Shown here one piece after another: positions 27,025 through 36,824 of a stretch of DNA of 57,935 nucleotides (within the stretch, counting starts at the first letter, position 1; every line of letters begins with the position of its first letter). Location of the stretch: the NCBI GenBank assembly GCA_034666465.1, contig JAXDLT010000416.1, positions 1-57,935 of the forward strand, in the 5' to 3' direction. The notes below the pieces were generated by a model. That model worked only from the letters and a program-made list of their open reading frames with translations, was not told where the DNA came from and did not search any database. This DNA comes from Chloroflexota bacterium (GTDB lineage Bacteria > Chloroflexota > Dormibacteria > Aeolococcales > Aeolococcaceae). Made by a program: the position numbers and the translations under genes.

Positions 27025-27140
27025 GCGGCGACCGTTGCCCGAAGTGATGAGACGGCTGGTCAGGTCTGACGATGACAGATCCGCCGGTCCGCAGTGGATT
27101 CGTCGTCGCGCATGGACCCCTCACGCGCGATCAGGCAACG

Positions 27141-27830
27141 TCACGTGAGCCCGTGCTCGATGGCGTACCGCGTCGCCGCGCTCCTGCTCGCCACCGCGAT
27201 CTTCCGGAAGATCGATCGCAGATGAGCCGCGACGGTGTGCTCGCTCAGATGCAGTCGCCTGGCGACCTGCGCGTTGGTGAGCCCCTCTGCAACCACCCGC
27301 AGGACGCCGACCTCTCGGTCGGTGAGGCGATCCAGGTTCCCGCGGGTACGCGACCGGTGGACCGGCGGCAGGGGAGCCACCGCCCGCGACTCCGGATCTA
27401 ATTGGCCCGGGGTGGATCTCCTGGAACGCAGTGCTGATCGTCTTGAGGATCGATACCAACCGTGCGTCTCTCGGCGCCTCGTCTGAGTCGCAAGGCCGCC
27501 TGAGTGGGCGCGGTGACTGGCGCTGATCGGGGCCGGCTGGGCGGTCTGCCATCCGACGACCTCCCGAGAATCGTGCTCCAGGTGCGCGTACATCGTGCGG
27601 CGCGGATACGCGGCGTTCAGGAGCTCCTCCTGCCAGTCGAGGAGACCCTCGTGGAGCGTGACGGTGGTGGTCGCGCCGGACACCGCTACGGGGACGACGA
27701 GCCCACTCGCCTCGAGGTCTCGTTGCCATTGTGGGAGCATTCCCACTCCCACGTCCTGACTCTGGAGATGGCGCTGCTCGAGGATCTCGAGCAGCGCGTC
27801 GATGGCAACGATGCCAGTTCGAGCGCGCAT
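27141..27830 (-). CDS. LuxR-HTH regulator with N-terminal 'X' domain
   Basis: ATG at 27830 after GAAGGAG. The N-terminal 85 aa are homologous to 21383..21784, followed by a basic low-complexity linker and C-terminal [43 protein letters not shown]. Confidence 0.8.
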   Translation of the reverse strand: MRARTGIVAIDALLEILEQRHLQSQDVGVGMLPQWQRDLEASGLVVPVAVSGATTTVTLHEGLLDWQEELLNAAYPRRTMYAHLEHDSREVVGWQTAQPAPISASHRAHSGGLATQTRRRETHGWYRSSRRSALRSRRSTPGQLDPESRAVAPLPPVHRSRTRGNLDRLTDREVGVLRVVAEGLTNAQVARRLHLSEHTVAAHLRSIFRKIAVASRSAATRYAIEHGLT

Positions 27831-28350
27831 GCGACACTCCTTCTCGGTGTCGGGATGGTCGGCCTTGTCCTGCAGCCGGTCAGCGGCGTCCTGACGGTCG
27901 GATCCTGGAAGGCTCGGAGAAACCATCTCAGGCATCCGGGCCGGTGTGAGCCGGGGAGGGGATGGTCATGTGTGTTCCTCTGCTGGGAGGCCGCGATACG
28001 CAGGTGTCCTCTCGAAGACAGCGATGCGCGACCCGCTGTGAGATACGCGTGGATCCTCGGTCGGAGGTCGGCACACTCGGTGTGCTTCAACCGATCAGGC
28101 GTCAGCGTCGACCAGGGGGCAGACCTCACACTCCTCGCTGATCGCATCCAGCGACGGGCGGCCTGCAACCCCTGGAGCGCGAGCGTGTTCGACCCGGCGC
28201 GACGTCGACGGTCGATAGGGCGATCGGCAGCTCATACCCGGTCTCGGTGCATGCCACTCGGACGATGGTGTCGACCACCAGATTCTGGTCCATGGACTTG
28301 GGCCTCCCTTGTGATGGATCCGTGCGACTCAGTGGTCACCTCACCGGCCA

Positions 28351-28989
28351 TCACTCCACGGTGGAGACTGGACGGTCAGAGCGGTTCAGGTGCGGATCCC
28401 GGCGACGTCGCCGCGCCTCTCCGCCGAGGTTCACACGGCGGCGGTCATGTCGGGGTTCCTGCAGTCGAGAGTGGACACTCCATTCCCCGTGGAGGAGGTG
28501 GGCGCGGGCGAGCTGCGCTGCCGCCCGGCAGGCGGCTGAGCGCCCGGCGGCGGCTCGCTCGAGGAAGGCCGCCCCCGCCGCCACGCCGCCCCGAGCCTGC
28601 GCCCTGTCGGCCGAACGCTCCAGCCTGCCGGCGACCTCCTCGTCGGGTCCGACCGCCGCCTCGGCGTGGTGCCCGGCACGGCGATCGGGACCGCCACCGG
28701 GGGCGATGGCCTCGAGCAGCCGGCGAGGGTTGGAGGGGGAGGGGCCTGGGTCCGGCGCAGGAAGCTCCCCTCGATCCTGCCGGTCAGCGGCTGCCTGGCG
28801 GTCAGTCCGAAGCCGCCGCCGGCCTCGGCGGGCGTCAACCCGCAATACAGTTCCAGCAGGGTGAGCGGGCTGCCCTCGGCCTCGGCGGCGGTCAGACCCA
28901 CCAGCGCCCGCGCTCCGTCCCGACCGCGCAGCGACGAGGCGCTGATCGACCGTCTGACACTCGTCGCGCCGCCCGTGCAGTGTGATCAT
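28351..28989 (-). pseudogene. remnant of a large AAA-ATPase/LuxR regulator gene (frameshifts and large internal deletions)
   Basis: Family-typical segments are scattered over two frames. Examples are [101 protein letters not shown] and [11 protein letters not shown]. The P-loop domain, most of the helical repeats and the HTH are missing. Confidence 0.55.
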
Positions 28990-29451
28990 CGCACCTCTCG
29001 ACAGCGGAGGCTCCCCAGCGGCCGGACTGTCGGTTCCATCAGCTTTGCTCACGTCGACGGGCGAGGTCGCCGTTCACCCGAACGGCCTCGTCATCGTTCG
29101 ATTGGAGGAGCCGCCCGTTCAGCCGCCGAAACGTCCCTGTGCCACGCTGGGGATGGACTGGGCACCCGGACTGGGGCCACCCGGATGCGATCGTGCCACA
29201 GTGTGTGGTGCGCTGACCGAATCGAGGCAGTCGACCTGCTCCTCGACCACGGTGATCAGGGCCATGCTATCTTCTCCCGTGCTGGCCAGGGAGCAGGAGC
29301 GGAGGTCGGGAAGTCGACCCTGTTGGATCGCGCGATCGTGCCGGCCGGCTTCCCCTCATGACTGCTGACACCCCATTGGGCCGATGCCCCGGCGTACGAA
29401 ATCCACGGCCGATCTATGCTGTGACGCGTGCACCGTGTCAGGAATGGCAGA

Positions 29452-30876
29452 ATGTTCAATCGCCTGGCCCCGTTCGCGATCGGGGTGGTCGGCGTTGCTG
29501 CCATCTCCGGTGCAATCGGTGCGATCAGAGGTCTGGGGAGCCCTGTTTCCTCCCTCAGCTCAGCCTATCTGCTGCTCGTGCTCTGGATGGCGGCGCGGCA
29601 CGCTTGGTGGCCGGCGCTGTGGACCGCGGTGCTCTCGTTCCTCGCGTACGACTTTTTCTTCATCCCGCCCTACGGAGCCCTCATTCCCATCACCACCCGA
29701 GATTGGGAGGAGGCGGTCCTGCTGCTGGTGTTCGCACTGGCCGGGGGGCGGTTCACCGCCTCGATCGCCTCACGCATGGCCGAGGCGGCGGCGCGGGCGC
29801 GGGAGTCGGGCACGCTCTACGACCTCGCGGTCACGGCTCTGCGCGACCGGGAGGCGATGTCCGTGCTGTCGAACCTCTGCGAGCGGGCGAGACAGGTTGG
29901 GCAGCTCACCACCATCAGCCTGGTCGAGGTGCGACCGGGCGAGGCCCGGACCGTGGCCGGCGACGAGCTGTCCGACGACCAGCTCGACGAGGCGCGCCGC
30001 GCGTACGAGGAGCGGACCGATCTGGGCTCGGGGGTCCTGGAGGGTCAGTTGACCAGGCTGCGCAGCCATCCCCCCCAGGCCGGCTCCGAACACATGGTGT
30101 TCCCCAGCGGGATCGCCGTGCTCGGACTGCCGGCTCGCCGTCTCGACGAGACCGACCGTCGACTGCTGGCGGCGCTGCTGGGGCTGACAAGCCTCGTCCT
30201 CGACGGCCGGCACATGGCCGCGGTGATGGAGGAGGAGCGGGAACGGATCGCGCGCGACATCCATGACGACACGCTGCAGACCCTGGGAGCGATGGCGCTT
30301 CGCCTGGACCTGCTGCGCGAGGAGATCGGGGACGCTCGGCAGCGCGAGGTCATCGAGCAGCAGCTCGCGCTGGCCAGGGACTCCTCGGACCGCCTCCGCT
30401 CCATCGTCTTCGAACTCCGTTCCGACCTCCTCGAGGAGGGGCTGGCGACGGCGATCAGGGCCGCCACGCGCGATCAGGCCCTCCAGGCCGGCATCGAGCA
30501 CCGGGTGACCGGGTGCCTCACCGCCGAGCCGCCCGTCGAGGTTGCCGTCGCCCTCTACCGCATCGCCCAGGAGGCGCTGACGAACGTGCGCAAGCACGGC
30601 CGGGCGAGCCGGGTGGAGGTCTCCCTGGCGGAGGAGGGTGGTGCCCTCCGGCTCCGCGTCGTCGACGATGGGAAGGGCTTCGACGTGGCGGCGGTCACGG
30701 AGAAGCCCACCCCAGGTGGGGAGGGCCGGACTCGCCACTTCGGGCTGCGGTCGATGAGCGAGCGCGCCCGGCTGGTCGGTGGACAGCTCACGGTCAGGAG
30801 CGTGCCGGGACAGGGCACGGTGGTCGAGGCACGGGTGCCGGTCAGCGCCAGGACGAGGCGGCTGGCGGCCGGATGA
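29452..30876 (+). CDS. sensor histidine kinase (KdpD-like DUF4118 membrane module, HisKA_3, HATPase_c)
   Basis: N-terminal 4-TM module, H-box EEERERIARDIHDDTLQTL, N-box QEALTNVRKHG, DDGKGF, GLRSMSERARLVGG. The start is ATG 29452 (AGGAA upstream) or GTG 29428. Confidence 0.9.
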   Translation: MFNRLAPFAIGVVGVAAISGAIGAIRGLGSPVSSLSSAYLLLVLWMAARHAWWPALWTAVLSFLAYDFFFIPPYGALIPITTRDWEEAVLLLVFALAGGRFTASIASRMAEAAARARESGTLYDLAVTALRDREAMSVLSNLCERARQVGQLTTISLVEVRPGEARTVAGDELSDDQLDEARRAYEERTDLGSGVLEGQLTRLRSHPPQAGSEHMVFPSGIAVLGLPARRLDETDRRLLAALLGLTSLVLDGRHMAAVMEEERERIARDIHDDTLQTLGAMALRLDLLREEIGDARQREVIEQQLALARDSSDRLRSIVFELRSDLLEEGLATAIRAATRDQALQAGIEHRVTGCLTAEPPVEVAVALYRIAQEALTNVRKHGRASRVEVSLAEEGGALRLRVVDDGKGFDVAAVTEKPTPGGEGRTRHFGLRSMSERARLVGGQLTVRSVPGQGTVVEARVPVSARTRRLAAG

Positions 30877-30886
30877 CAGTGGCTGC

Positions 30887-31573
30887 TCAGCGGTCGATCA
30901 GGCGGAGCGCCACGGCTCGGGCCAGCACCTCCAGCTTGGAGTGCGCGTTGAGCTTGCTGCTGAGACTGCGGAGGTGGCTGCGAACGGTGACGTAGCCGAT
31001 GCCCAACCGGGCGGCGATGCGGCGGTTGTCGAGCCCCTCCGCCAGGAGACGCAGGATCTCGTGCTCGCGGGGCGTCAGCCGATCCAGCAGCGGCACGCGG
31101 TCCACGGAGCCCGCGATCAGCCCGGCCAGGGTGGCCGCCGGGATCAGCAGCTCGCCAGCGGCGGTGCGGCGGACGGCGTCGACCAGCTCCGCGGCCGGCT
31201 GCGTCTTCAGGAGGTAGCCTCGGGCGCCGGCCCTGACCGCCTCTCGAAGTAGCGCATCGTTCATCACCATGCTCAGGAACAGCATACGGAGCCCGGGTTG
31301 GCGCTCACGAAGCCTGGTCGCCAGCTCGGCGCCGGTCGCATCGGGAAGCTGGTAGTCGATCAGCACGACGTCGGGACCTGTCGCCGGCACGAGCGCCATC
31401 GCCTCGGCGGCGTCACCGGCGACGCCGACCACCTCGAGGTCGGCGTGCTGGCCGAGCACCAGCCGGATGCCGTCCGCCACCACCCGGTGGTCGTCGACGA
31501 TGAGCACGCGCACGGGCGTCCGCTGCCGCCGGCCGTGGGCCGGGATCCGCCAGTTGCTCTCGGTCGGTGTCAT
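30887..31573 (-). CDS. NarL/FixJ-family response regulator
   Basis: Receiver (VLIVDDH, VLIDYQLPD, K) plus LuxR HTH (LTPREHEILRLLAEGLDNRRIAARLGIGYVTVRSHLRSLSSKL). Convergent with the kinase. Confidence 0.95.
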   Translation of the reverse strand: MTPTESNWRIPAHGRRQRTPVRVLIVDDHRVVADGIRLVLGQHADLEVVGVAGDAAEAMALVPATGPDVVLIDYQLPDATGAELATRLRERQPGLRMLFLSMVMNDALLREAVRAGARGYLLKTQPAAELVDAVRRTAAGELLIPAATLAGLIAGSVDRVPLLDRLTPREHEILRLLAEGLDNRRIAARLGIGYVTVRSHLRSLSSKLNAHSKLEVLARAVALRLIDR

Positions 31574-31678
31574 GATTCTGGCCTGAAGTCTAGGCGGAAG
31601 CGTCGACTACTCCATTTGGTGGTGGCCCGAGGTTCGATTCCATGCGACGCTGAACCAGACCCTGCCTGGAGACGCCAT

Positions 31679-32107
31679 GTGACCTCCGTGACGACGAGCC
31701 CCCCTGACGCCGAGGTTGTGTCGCAGATCAGCGTCCTGGTCGCCGACGACGACCCGCGCATGGTCGACACCCTCACCGCGCTGATCGAGAGCCGGTCCTT
31801 CCTCCAGCTGGTCGGTGTCGGCTTCAACGCCGCCGATGCCGTGTCCCTCGCGACTCGGACACGTCCCCGCGTCGGGCTTCTCGACGTCAGGATGCCGGGC
31901 GGCGGAGCGTACGCCGCGCGATCGATCCGTGAGGCGTCGCCCCGGACACGCTGCGTCGCCCTCTCCGCCTACTGCGACCAGGAGAGCGTCATGGCCATGC
32001 GAGAGGCCGGCGTGTTCGAATACCTGGTCAAGGGTGCGGCCTCCGTCGCCGACATCGTCCGGGCCATCTGGCGCGCGGCCGGCGAGGGCTGGGATCGCCA
32101 GCGCTGA
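31679..32107 (+). CDS. stand-alone receiver-domain (CheY-like) response regulator
   Basis: GTG at 31679 after GGAGA. VLVADDD, LLDVRMPGG, ALSAY, YLVKG. No output domain. Confidence 0.8.
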   Translation: MTSVTTSPPDAEVVSQISVLVADDDPRMVDTLTALIESRSFLQLVGVGFNAADAVSLATRTRPRVGLLDVRMPGGGAYAARSIREASPRTRCVALSAYCDQESVMAMREAGVFEYLVKGAASVADIVRAIWRAAGEGWDRQR

Positions 32108-32114
32108 TCGGGCA

Positions 32115-33035
32115 TCAGGGCAGCTTCGGCACGACCTCGGCGGCCAGGCGCTCCATCTGCTCGCTCTCATCGAACAACGGTGTGAAGAGGATCAACGCAG
32201 CGCCCGCCTCCGCCACCTCGCGCAGGCCCTCCACGCAGGCGTCCGGCGGACCGCAGACGGCCACCCTCTCGAGACCGCTCAGCCCGAAGTAGGAGTAGAG
32301 CCGCTGCAGCCCGTCGGCGACCCGCTGGCGGGCGCGGTTGGCGTCGTCGTCGACCGCGATGTAGACGCGCTTGGCGATCCCGAAGCTGACGGGGTCCCGC
32401 CCCGCCTCCTCCAGCGCCTCCCGCACGATCGGCACCTGCTCGGCGAATCGAGCCGTTGTCGTCGACCCGGCGCCGAAGAAGCCGTCGCCGTACCTCACCG
32501 CTCGTCGCAGTGCCGCCGGGTGATTGGCGCCGAACCAGATGGGCGGGTAGGGCTTCTGGAACGGCTTGGGCTCCATTGCCGCACCCTTCAGCTGCCAGAA
32601 GCGCCCGTCGAAGGTCACCTGCGGCTCGGTCCAGAGGGCCTTCATGAGCCGCAGTCCCTCGGTGAAGCGGGCCACCAGGCTGTCGGGGTCGACCTCGAAG
32701 GCGGAGAACATCCTGCCCTGCCCTCCGGTGCCGACGCCGACCTCGATGCGGCCTCGGCTCAGCTGGTCCAGTGTGCTCAGGCTCTTGGCCAGGTGGATCG
32801 GATTGTGCAGCGGGGTGACGAACACCACGCAGCCCAGGCGTATCCGCTCGGTGCAGGCGGCGGCGTAGGTCATCGCCTCGATCGGTCCCAGGGTGGGCAT
32901 CGTTCCCAGGACCTGCTCCTGCGTCCAGGCGCTGGTGAAGCCAAGCGCTTCGGCTCGCCTCAGGTAGGCGCGGAAACCGGCTGGGTCGAACGCGCCGTCA
33001 GCGACGAATTGCGGGATCGAGATCGCATATCGCAT
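32115..33035 (-). CDS. LLM-class (luciferase-like) oxidoreductase, possibly F420-dependent
   Basis: MRYAISIPQF..., 306 aa, with the typical LLM TIM-barrel pattern (GFTSAWTQEQ, RIRLGCVV, GRIEVGVGTG). I rejected the N-terminal 154 aa of the ORF track. Confidence 0.9.
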   Translation of the reverse strand: MRYAISIPQFVADGAFDPAGFRAYLRRAEALGFTSAWTQEQVLGTMPTLGPIEAMTYAAACTERIRLGCVVFVTPLHNPIHLAKSLSTLDQLSRGRIEVGVGTGGQGRMFSAFEVDPDSLVARFTEGLRLMKALWTEPQVTFDGRFWQLKGAAMEPKPFQKPYPPIWFGANHPAALRRAVRYGDGFFGAGSTTTARFAEQVPIVREALEEAGRDPVSFGIAKRVYIAVDDDANRARQRVADGLQRLYSYFGLSGLERVAVCGPPDACVEGLREVAEAGAALILFTPLFDESEQMERLAAEVVPKLP

Positions 33036-33057
33036 GCGTTCGACCGTAGCACGATGA

Positions 33058-34056
33058 TCATCGGCGACCGCTGCGGACCGACTGTCCCGCGGGCCCTCCG
33101 GCCCCGGCGACCGCGGAGGCCATCGAGAAGGTGGGGTCGATCTGAAGGGCCAGGTCCTCCCCGACCGAGCTGCTCGCCCATGCGGTCGCGTTGCGGAGAT
33201 GGAACTCCACCGTCTGGCGGTGGAACTTCTCCCAGTCCTTGGGCCGGGCGTCGACGGCGTCGCGAATGCGCGCCAGCGCGGCGAGGTTGCCGGGCTCGAG
33301 GTCGTCGAGCGACGTCGGCCTTCCCTTCTCCATGGCGCGCACCATCGACGAACTGCCGAGCCACGTGAGCAGGCTGCCGCCGGTGTGGTCACGCAGGAAG
33401 TCGACGTCCTCCGCGGCGTGAACCTTGTTCCCGACGACGGCAATGGCGACGTCGTGGTCGCGCGCGTAGTGACGGTACTGGCGGAGCACGGACACACTGC
33501 GCAGCGTCGGCTCGGCGATCAGCAGCATGAGGTCGAAGCGCGTGAACATCCCGGACGCGAAGGCGTCGGCGCCGGCGGTCATGTCGACGACGACGTACTC
33601 TCCGGGACCGTCGATCATGTGGTTGAGGAGCAGCTCGGCCGCACCCACCTTCGAGTGGTAGCAGGCGACTCCGAGGTCGTCGTCGTCGAAGGGACCGGTC
33701 GCCAGCAACCGCAGCCCGGCGACGTGGCGGCCGAGGCGCTGGTAGATCGGGTTCGACTCGGTGACGCGAACGAGGCACGATCCCGAACCCGGTGGGGTCG
33801 TCTTCACCATCGAGGCGGACGAGCGGATTCGCGGATTGCCACCCCTCAGGTGGTCCTTGATCAGCGAGAGGTGCGCGCCCATGGCGGGGAGCGCGGCGGC
33901 CTCGGCGTCGCTCATGCCGAGGGCGCCGGCGAGGTGCTGGTTGATGTCGGCGTCGATGGCGAGGACGGGCGCTCCGTCACGCACCAGGTGGCGGGCGAGC
34001 AGGGCCGCGACGGTCGTCTTGCCGCTGCCTCCCTTGCCGACGAACGCGACCTTCAT
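33058..34056 (-). CDS. CooC/MinD-superfamily P-loop ATPase
   Basis: MKVAFVGKGGSGKTT deviant Walker A, DADINQ, VVVDMTAG Walker B. The start is ATG 34056. Confidence 0.8.
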   Translation of the reverse strand: MKVAFVGKGGSGKTTVAALLARHLVRDGAPVLAIDADINQHLAGALGMSDAEAAALPAMGAHLSLIKDHLRGGNPRIRSSASMVKTTPPGSGSCLVRVTESNPIYQRLGRHVAGLRLLATGPFDDDDLGVACYHSKVGAAELLLNHMIDGPGEYVVVDMTAGADAFASGMFTRFDLMLLIAEPTLRSVSVLRQYRHYARDHDVAIAVVGNKVHAAEDVDFLRDHTGGSLLTWLGSSSMVRAMEKGRPTSLDDLEPGNLAALARIRDAVDARPKDWEKFHRQTVEFHLRNATAWASSSVGEDLALQIDPTFSMASAVAGAGGPAGQSVRSGRR

Positions 34057-34135
34057 AGGGCGAGATTGCTCCACGCGAATCGATCGGACGGCTCGGACGC
34101 CAGGTGCGCGCCTGCGGATACAGTAATAGCTCTCA

Positions 34136-35020
34136 TTACCCCCTGACAAGGCGCGAGCCGCGCGGAGCGGAGGGAGCCCGAAGCCGGCGCGCGGACCGGG
34201 CGAGCAGGTAGGCGAGAAATGCGAGCCCCACGATGGCGAAGGTGGGAGGCACCCTGGGGGCGGCGTAGCTGACCGTCAGTCCCACCCAGACGCAGCCGAG
34301 GGTGATCCCGGCCGAGAGCCACAGCGCCGTCCAGGGACGCGCCGTCAGCTGGTGGGCCGCGGCTCCCGGCGTCGCCAGCATCCCCAGCAGGGGCAGGGCG
34401 CCGACCACCTGGGTCGCCTCGCCGACGCAGAGGCCGACCAGGGCGAGGAAGGCGAGCTCCACGGTGAGCAGCGGGACGCCGTGCGCTCGGGCGATCTCGC
34501 GGTCGACGGTGGCGAAGGTCAAGGGCCGGGCGAGCACCAGGGTCCCGGCGGCGACCACGGCGGCGACGAGGATGGCCAGGCGTGCCGCGCCGGTCCCCAT
34601 GCCGAAGATCGAACCGAAGAGGACGTGCACCCCGGCGGTGCCGTTGCCGGTGCTCCCGGACGCCGTGTGGATGGAGAGGGCGAGCACCCCCAGGCCGAGC
34701 ACCCAGGCGAAGACGCTGCCGATGACCACGTCCGCTCCTCGACGGCCACCCTGGAGGGCGCCGAAGCCGACGGCGACGCCGACGGTCGCGACGAACAGGC
34801 CGATCCGCGGGTCCACGCCGGCGGCCAGGGCGGCGAGGCTGCCGGTGAAGGCCATGTGGCTCAGTGCGTCGCCGGCGAAGACCTGGTTGCGAAGGACGAC
34901 GAGGTGGCTGACCAGGCCGGCGGCCACGGCGATCGCGGACCCTGCGAGCAAGGCGTTGCGGATGAACTCGTGGTCGAGCATCCCCTGCAGGCCGTGCAGG
35001 GGCCAGACGGCGGGCGGCAT
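34136..35020 (-). CDS. metal ABC transporter permease (ZnuB/MntB/TroD family)
   Basis: Multi-TM, ABC-3 family pattern (FIRNALLAGSAIAVAAGLVSHLVVLR, DALSHMAFTG). Its ATG overlaps the upstream permease stop by 1 nt (TGATG). Confidence 0.9.
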   Translation of the reverse strand: MPPAVWPLHGLQGMLDHEFIRNALLAGSAIAVAAGLVSHLVVLRNQVFAGDALSHMAFTGSLAALAAGVDPRIGLFVATVGVAVGFGALQGGRRGADVVIGSVFAWVLGLGVLALSIHTASGSTGNGTAGVHVLFGSIFGMGTGAARLAILVAAVVAAGTLVLARPLTFATVDREIARAHGVPLLTVELAFLALVGLCVGEATQVVGALPLLGMLATPGAAAHQLTARPWTALWLSAGITLGCVWVGLTVSYAAPRVPPTFAIVGLAFLAYLLARSARRLRAPSAPRGSRLVRG

Positions 35021-35913
35021 CAGGCGGTGGACCAGCGGCGGCGCGAGATCGCGAGCACGCGGCAGCCGGCCCGCACGGCGACGTAGCCGCCGAAGGCGAG
35101 GGTGGTCACGAAGAACCCCATGGGGTAGACGGTGAAGTAGGCCACGGCCATGCCCACCCAGGTGACCGCCAGGGCGATGGCCACGGAGAGGGCGATCCCG
35201 CGTGCGGGACGGGCGGTGACCAGCTGCGCGGTCGCCGCGGGAGTGACCAGCAGGGCGAAGACCAGAAGGCTGCCCGTGATCTGGCTGACCGCGGCGACGG
35301 CGAGGCCGAGCAGCAGCAGGAAGAGCGTGGAGAGCCCGCCCACCCGCACCCCCCGCGCCGCCGCCGCCTCCGCGTCGACCGAGGCGAAGAGCAGCGGGCG
35401 CCCCACCGCGAAGAGCACGCCGAGGGCGAGCGCGGCGGTCAGCAGCAGCGCGGCGACGTCGCCCTCGGTCACGCCCACCAGGGTGCCGAACAGGCGCTGG
35501 GTGACCCCGTCGAGGAGACCGCCGTAGAGGCCGATGAACAGGAAGCCCAGCGCCTGCGCCACCGCCTGCACCGAGCCGATCACCGCGGAATCGGCCTGCC
35601 GCTCTCCGGTCGCCGATCGCGAGAGCCCTGCGATTCCCAGGGCCGCGAGCATGCAGAACGCCACCAGTCCGAACAGCGGAGCGACGCCGACCAGCACCGC
35701 GCCCGCGGCGCCGGGGAAGCCGACCACTGAGAGAGTGTGGGCGGAGAAGCTCTCGCCCCGCAACACCACCAACCAGCCGAGGATGCCGGCGAGCACGGCG
35801 ACGATGGTCCCCGCCATCAGAGCGTTGCGCATGAAGGGAAACTCGAGGAGCAGGCGCACGTCCTCGACGAGGTCGAACGACAGGTGCGGATCGAACGTGT
35901 CGGCGATGCCCAC
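35020..35913 (-). CDS. metal ABC transporter permease (second subunit)
   Basis: FMRNALMAGTIVAVLAGILGWLVVLRGESFSAHTLS..., ABC-3 family. GTG start 5 nt after the ATPase stop. Confidence 0.9.
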   Translation of the reverse strand: MGIADTFDPHLSFDLVEDVRLLLEFPFMRNALMAGTIVAVLAGILGWLVVLRGESFSAHTLSVVGFPGAAGAVLVGVAPLFGLVAFCMLAALGIAGLSRSATGERQADSAVIGSVQAVAQALGFLFIGLYGGLLDGVTQRLFGTLVGVTEGDVAALLLTAALALGVLFAVGRPLLFASVDAEAAAARGVRVGGLSTLFLLLLGLAVAAVSQITGSLLVFALLVTPAATAQLVTARPARGIALSVAIALAVTWVGMAVAYFTVYPMGFFVTTLAFGGYVAVRAGCRVLAISRRRWSTA

Positions 35914-35918
35914 CTCCG

Positions 35919-36824
35919 TCAGCGGGTCCGGGGGGCCGATGGCGCGTCCGGCTGGCCGACGACGACGAGCCGTCCGTCGCTGGTCTGCAGGACCTCGACC
36001 GGCGCGCCGTACAGGCGCGTGAGCGTCTCCGTCGCCACCACTTCCTGGGGCCGGCCGATGAGCGCCCGGCCGGCGGCGACGTAGAGGACGCGGTCGAGGT
36101 AGGGGAGGATGGGATTGACATCGTGGGCGACGAGCAGGACGGTCACCCCCTGCTCGCGACAGACGCCGTGCACCAGGGTGGACACCGCCTGCTGGTTGGC
36201 CATGTCGAGGCTGTCGAGCGGCTCGTCGAGGAGAAGAAGCCGCGGGCGGCTCACCAGCGCCTGCGCGATGAGGATGCGCTGCTGCTCGCCGCCGCTCAGC
36301 TCGCCCACCGGCCGGTCGACATAGGCGCCGGCCCCCACCAGCTCGACGACCTCGTCGACGCGCTGCTCGAGCCGTCGCCCCGCCCCTGATGGCAACAGCC
36401 GGTCGAGGAGCGGGAGGGGCGTCCCCCAGCGCGTGCCGTCGGCCCCGAGACGGACGATGTCGCGGGCGCGGATGCGCAGGTCGCGGTCGAAGCTGCGGCG
36501 TTGGGGCAGGTAGCCGATACCCCGGTTGCGCTCCCCCGGAGCCCGGCCCAGGACCCGGACCGCGCCGGTGCTGACCGGCACCAGGCCGAGCAGCACCCGC
36601 ACGAGCGTGGACTTGCCCGCTCCGTTGGGCCCGAGCACCGCGACGAAGTCTCCCTGCGCGACCGACAGGTTGACCTCACGCCAGATCTCCCGGCCGCCGA
36701 GGCGGACGCCGGCTGCCTCGAGCACCACCGCGGCGGCCTCGGTCAGGCGGCCATCCGCCGCCGCGGCGGTGCCGCCGCGCGGCGCGCGGGCGACGACCTC
36801 CACCCGCACCTCGACGGCGCTCAC
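35919..36824 (-). CDS. metal ABC transporter ATP-binding protein (ZnuC-like)
   Basis: GTG at 36824 overlaps the SBP stop (GTGA). Walker A GPNGAGKST, LSGGEQQR, LLLDEP. Confidence 0.9.
   Translation of the reverse strand: MSAVEVRVEVVARAPRGGTAAAADGRLTEAAAVVLEAAGVRLGGREIWREVNLSVAQGDFVAVLGPNGAGKSTLVRVLLGLVPVSTGAVRVLGRAPGERNRGIGYLPQRRSFDRDLRIRARDIVRLGADGTRWGTPLPLLDRLLPSGAGRRLEQRVDEVVELVGAGAYVDRPVGELSGGEQQRILIAQALVSRPRLLLLDEPLDSLDMANQQAVSTLVHGVCREQGVTVLLVAHDVNPILPYLDRVLYVAAGRALIGRPQEVVATETLTRLYGAPVEVLQTSDGRLVVVGQPDAPSAPRTR

Noticed and set aside
28126-28293. 55-aa ORF with an excellent SD (AAGGGAGG): MDQNLVVDTIVRVACTETGYELPIALSTVDVAPGRTRSRS...
   Set aside because: The first 32 aa look protein-like, but the rest is Arg-rich. 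A more plausible C-terminus (..LDAISEECEVCPLVDADA*) lies in another frame. It is probably another frameshifted fragment next to the LAL remnant, and I cannot support a functional call.
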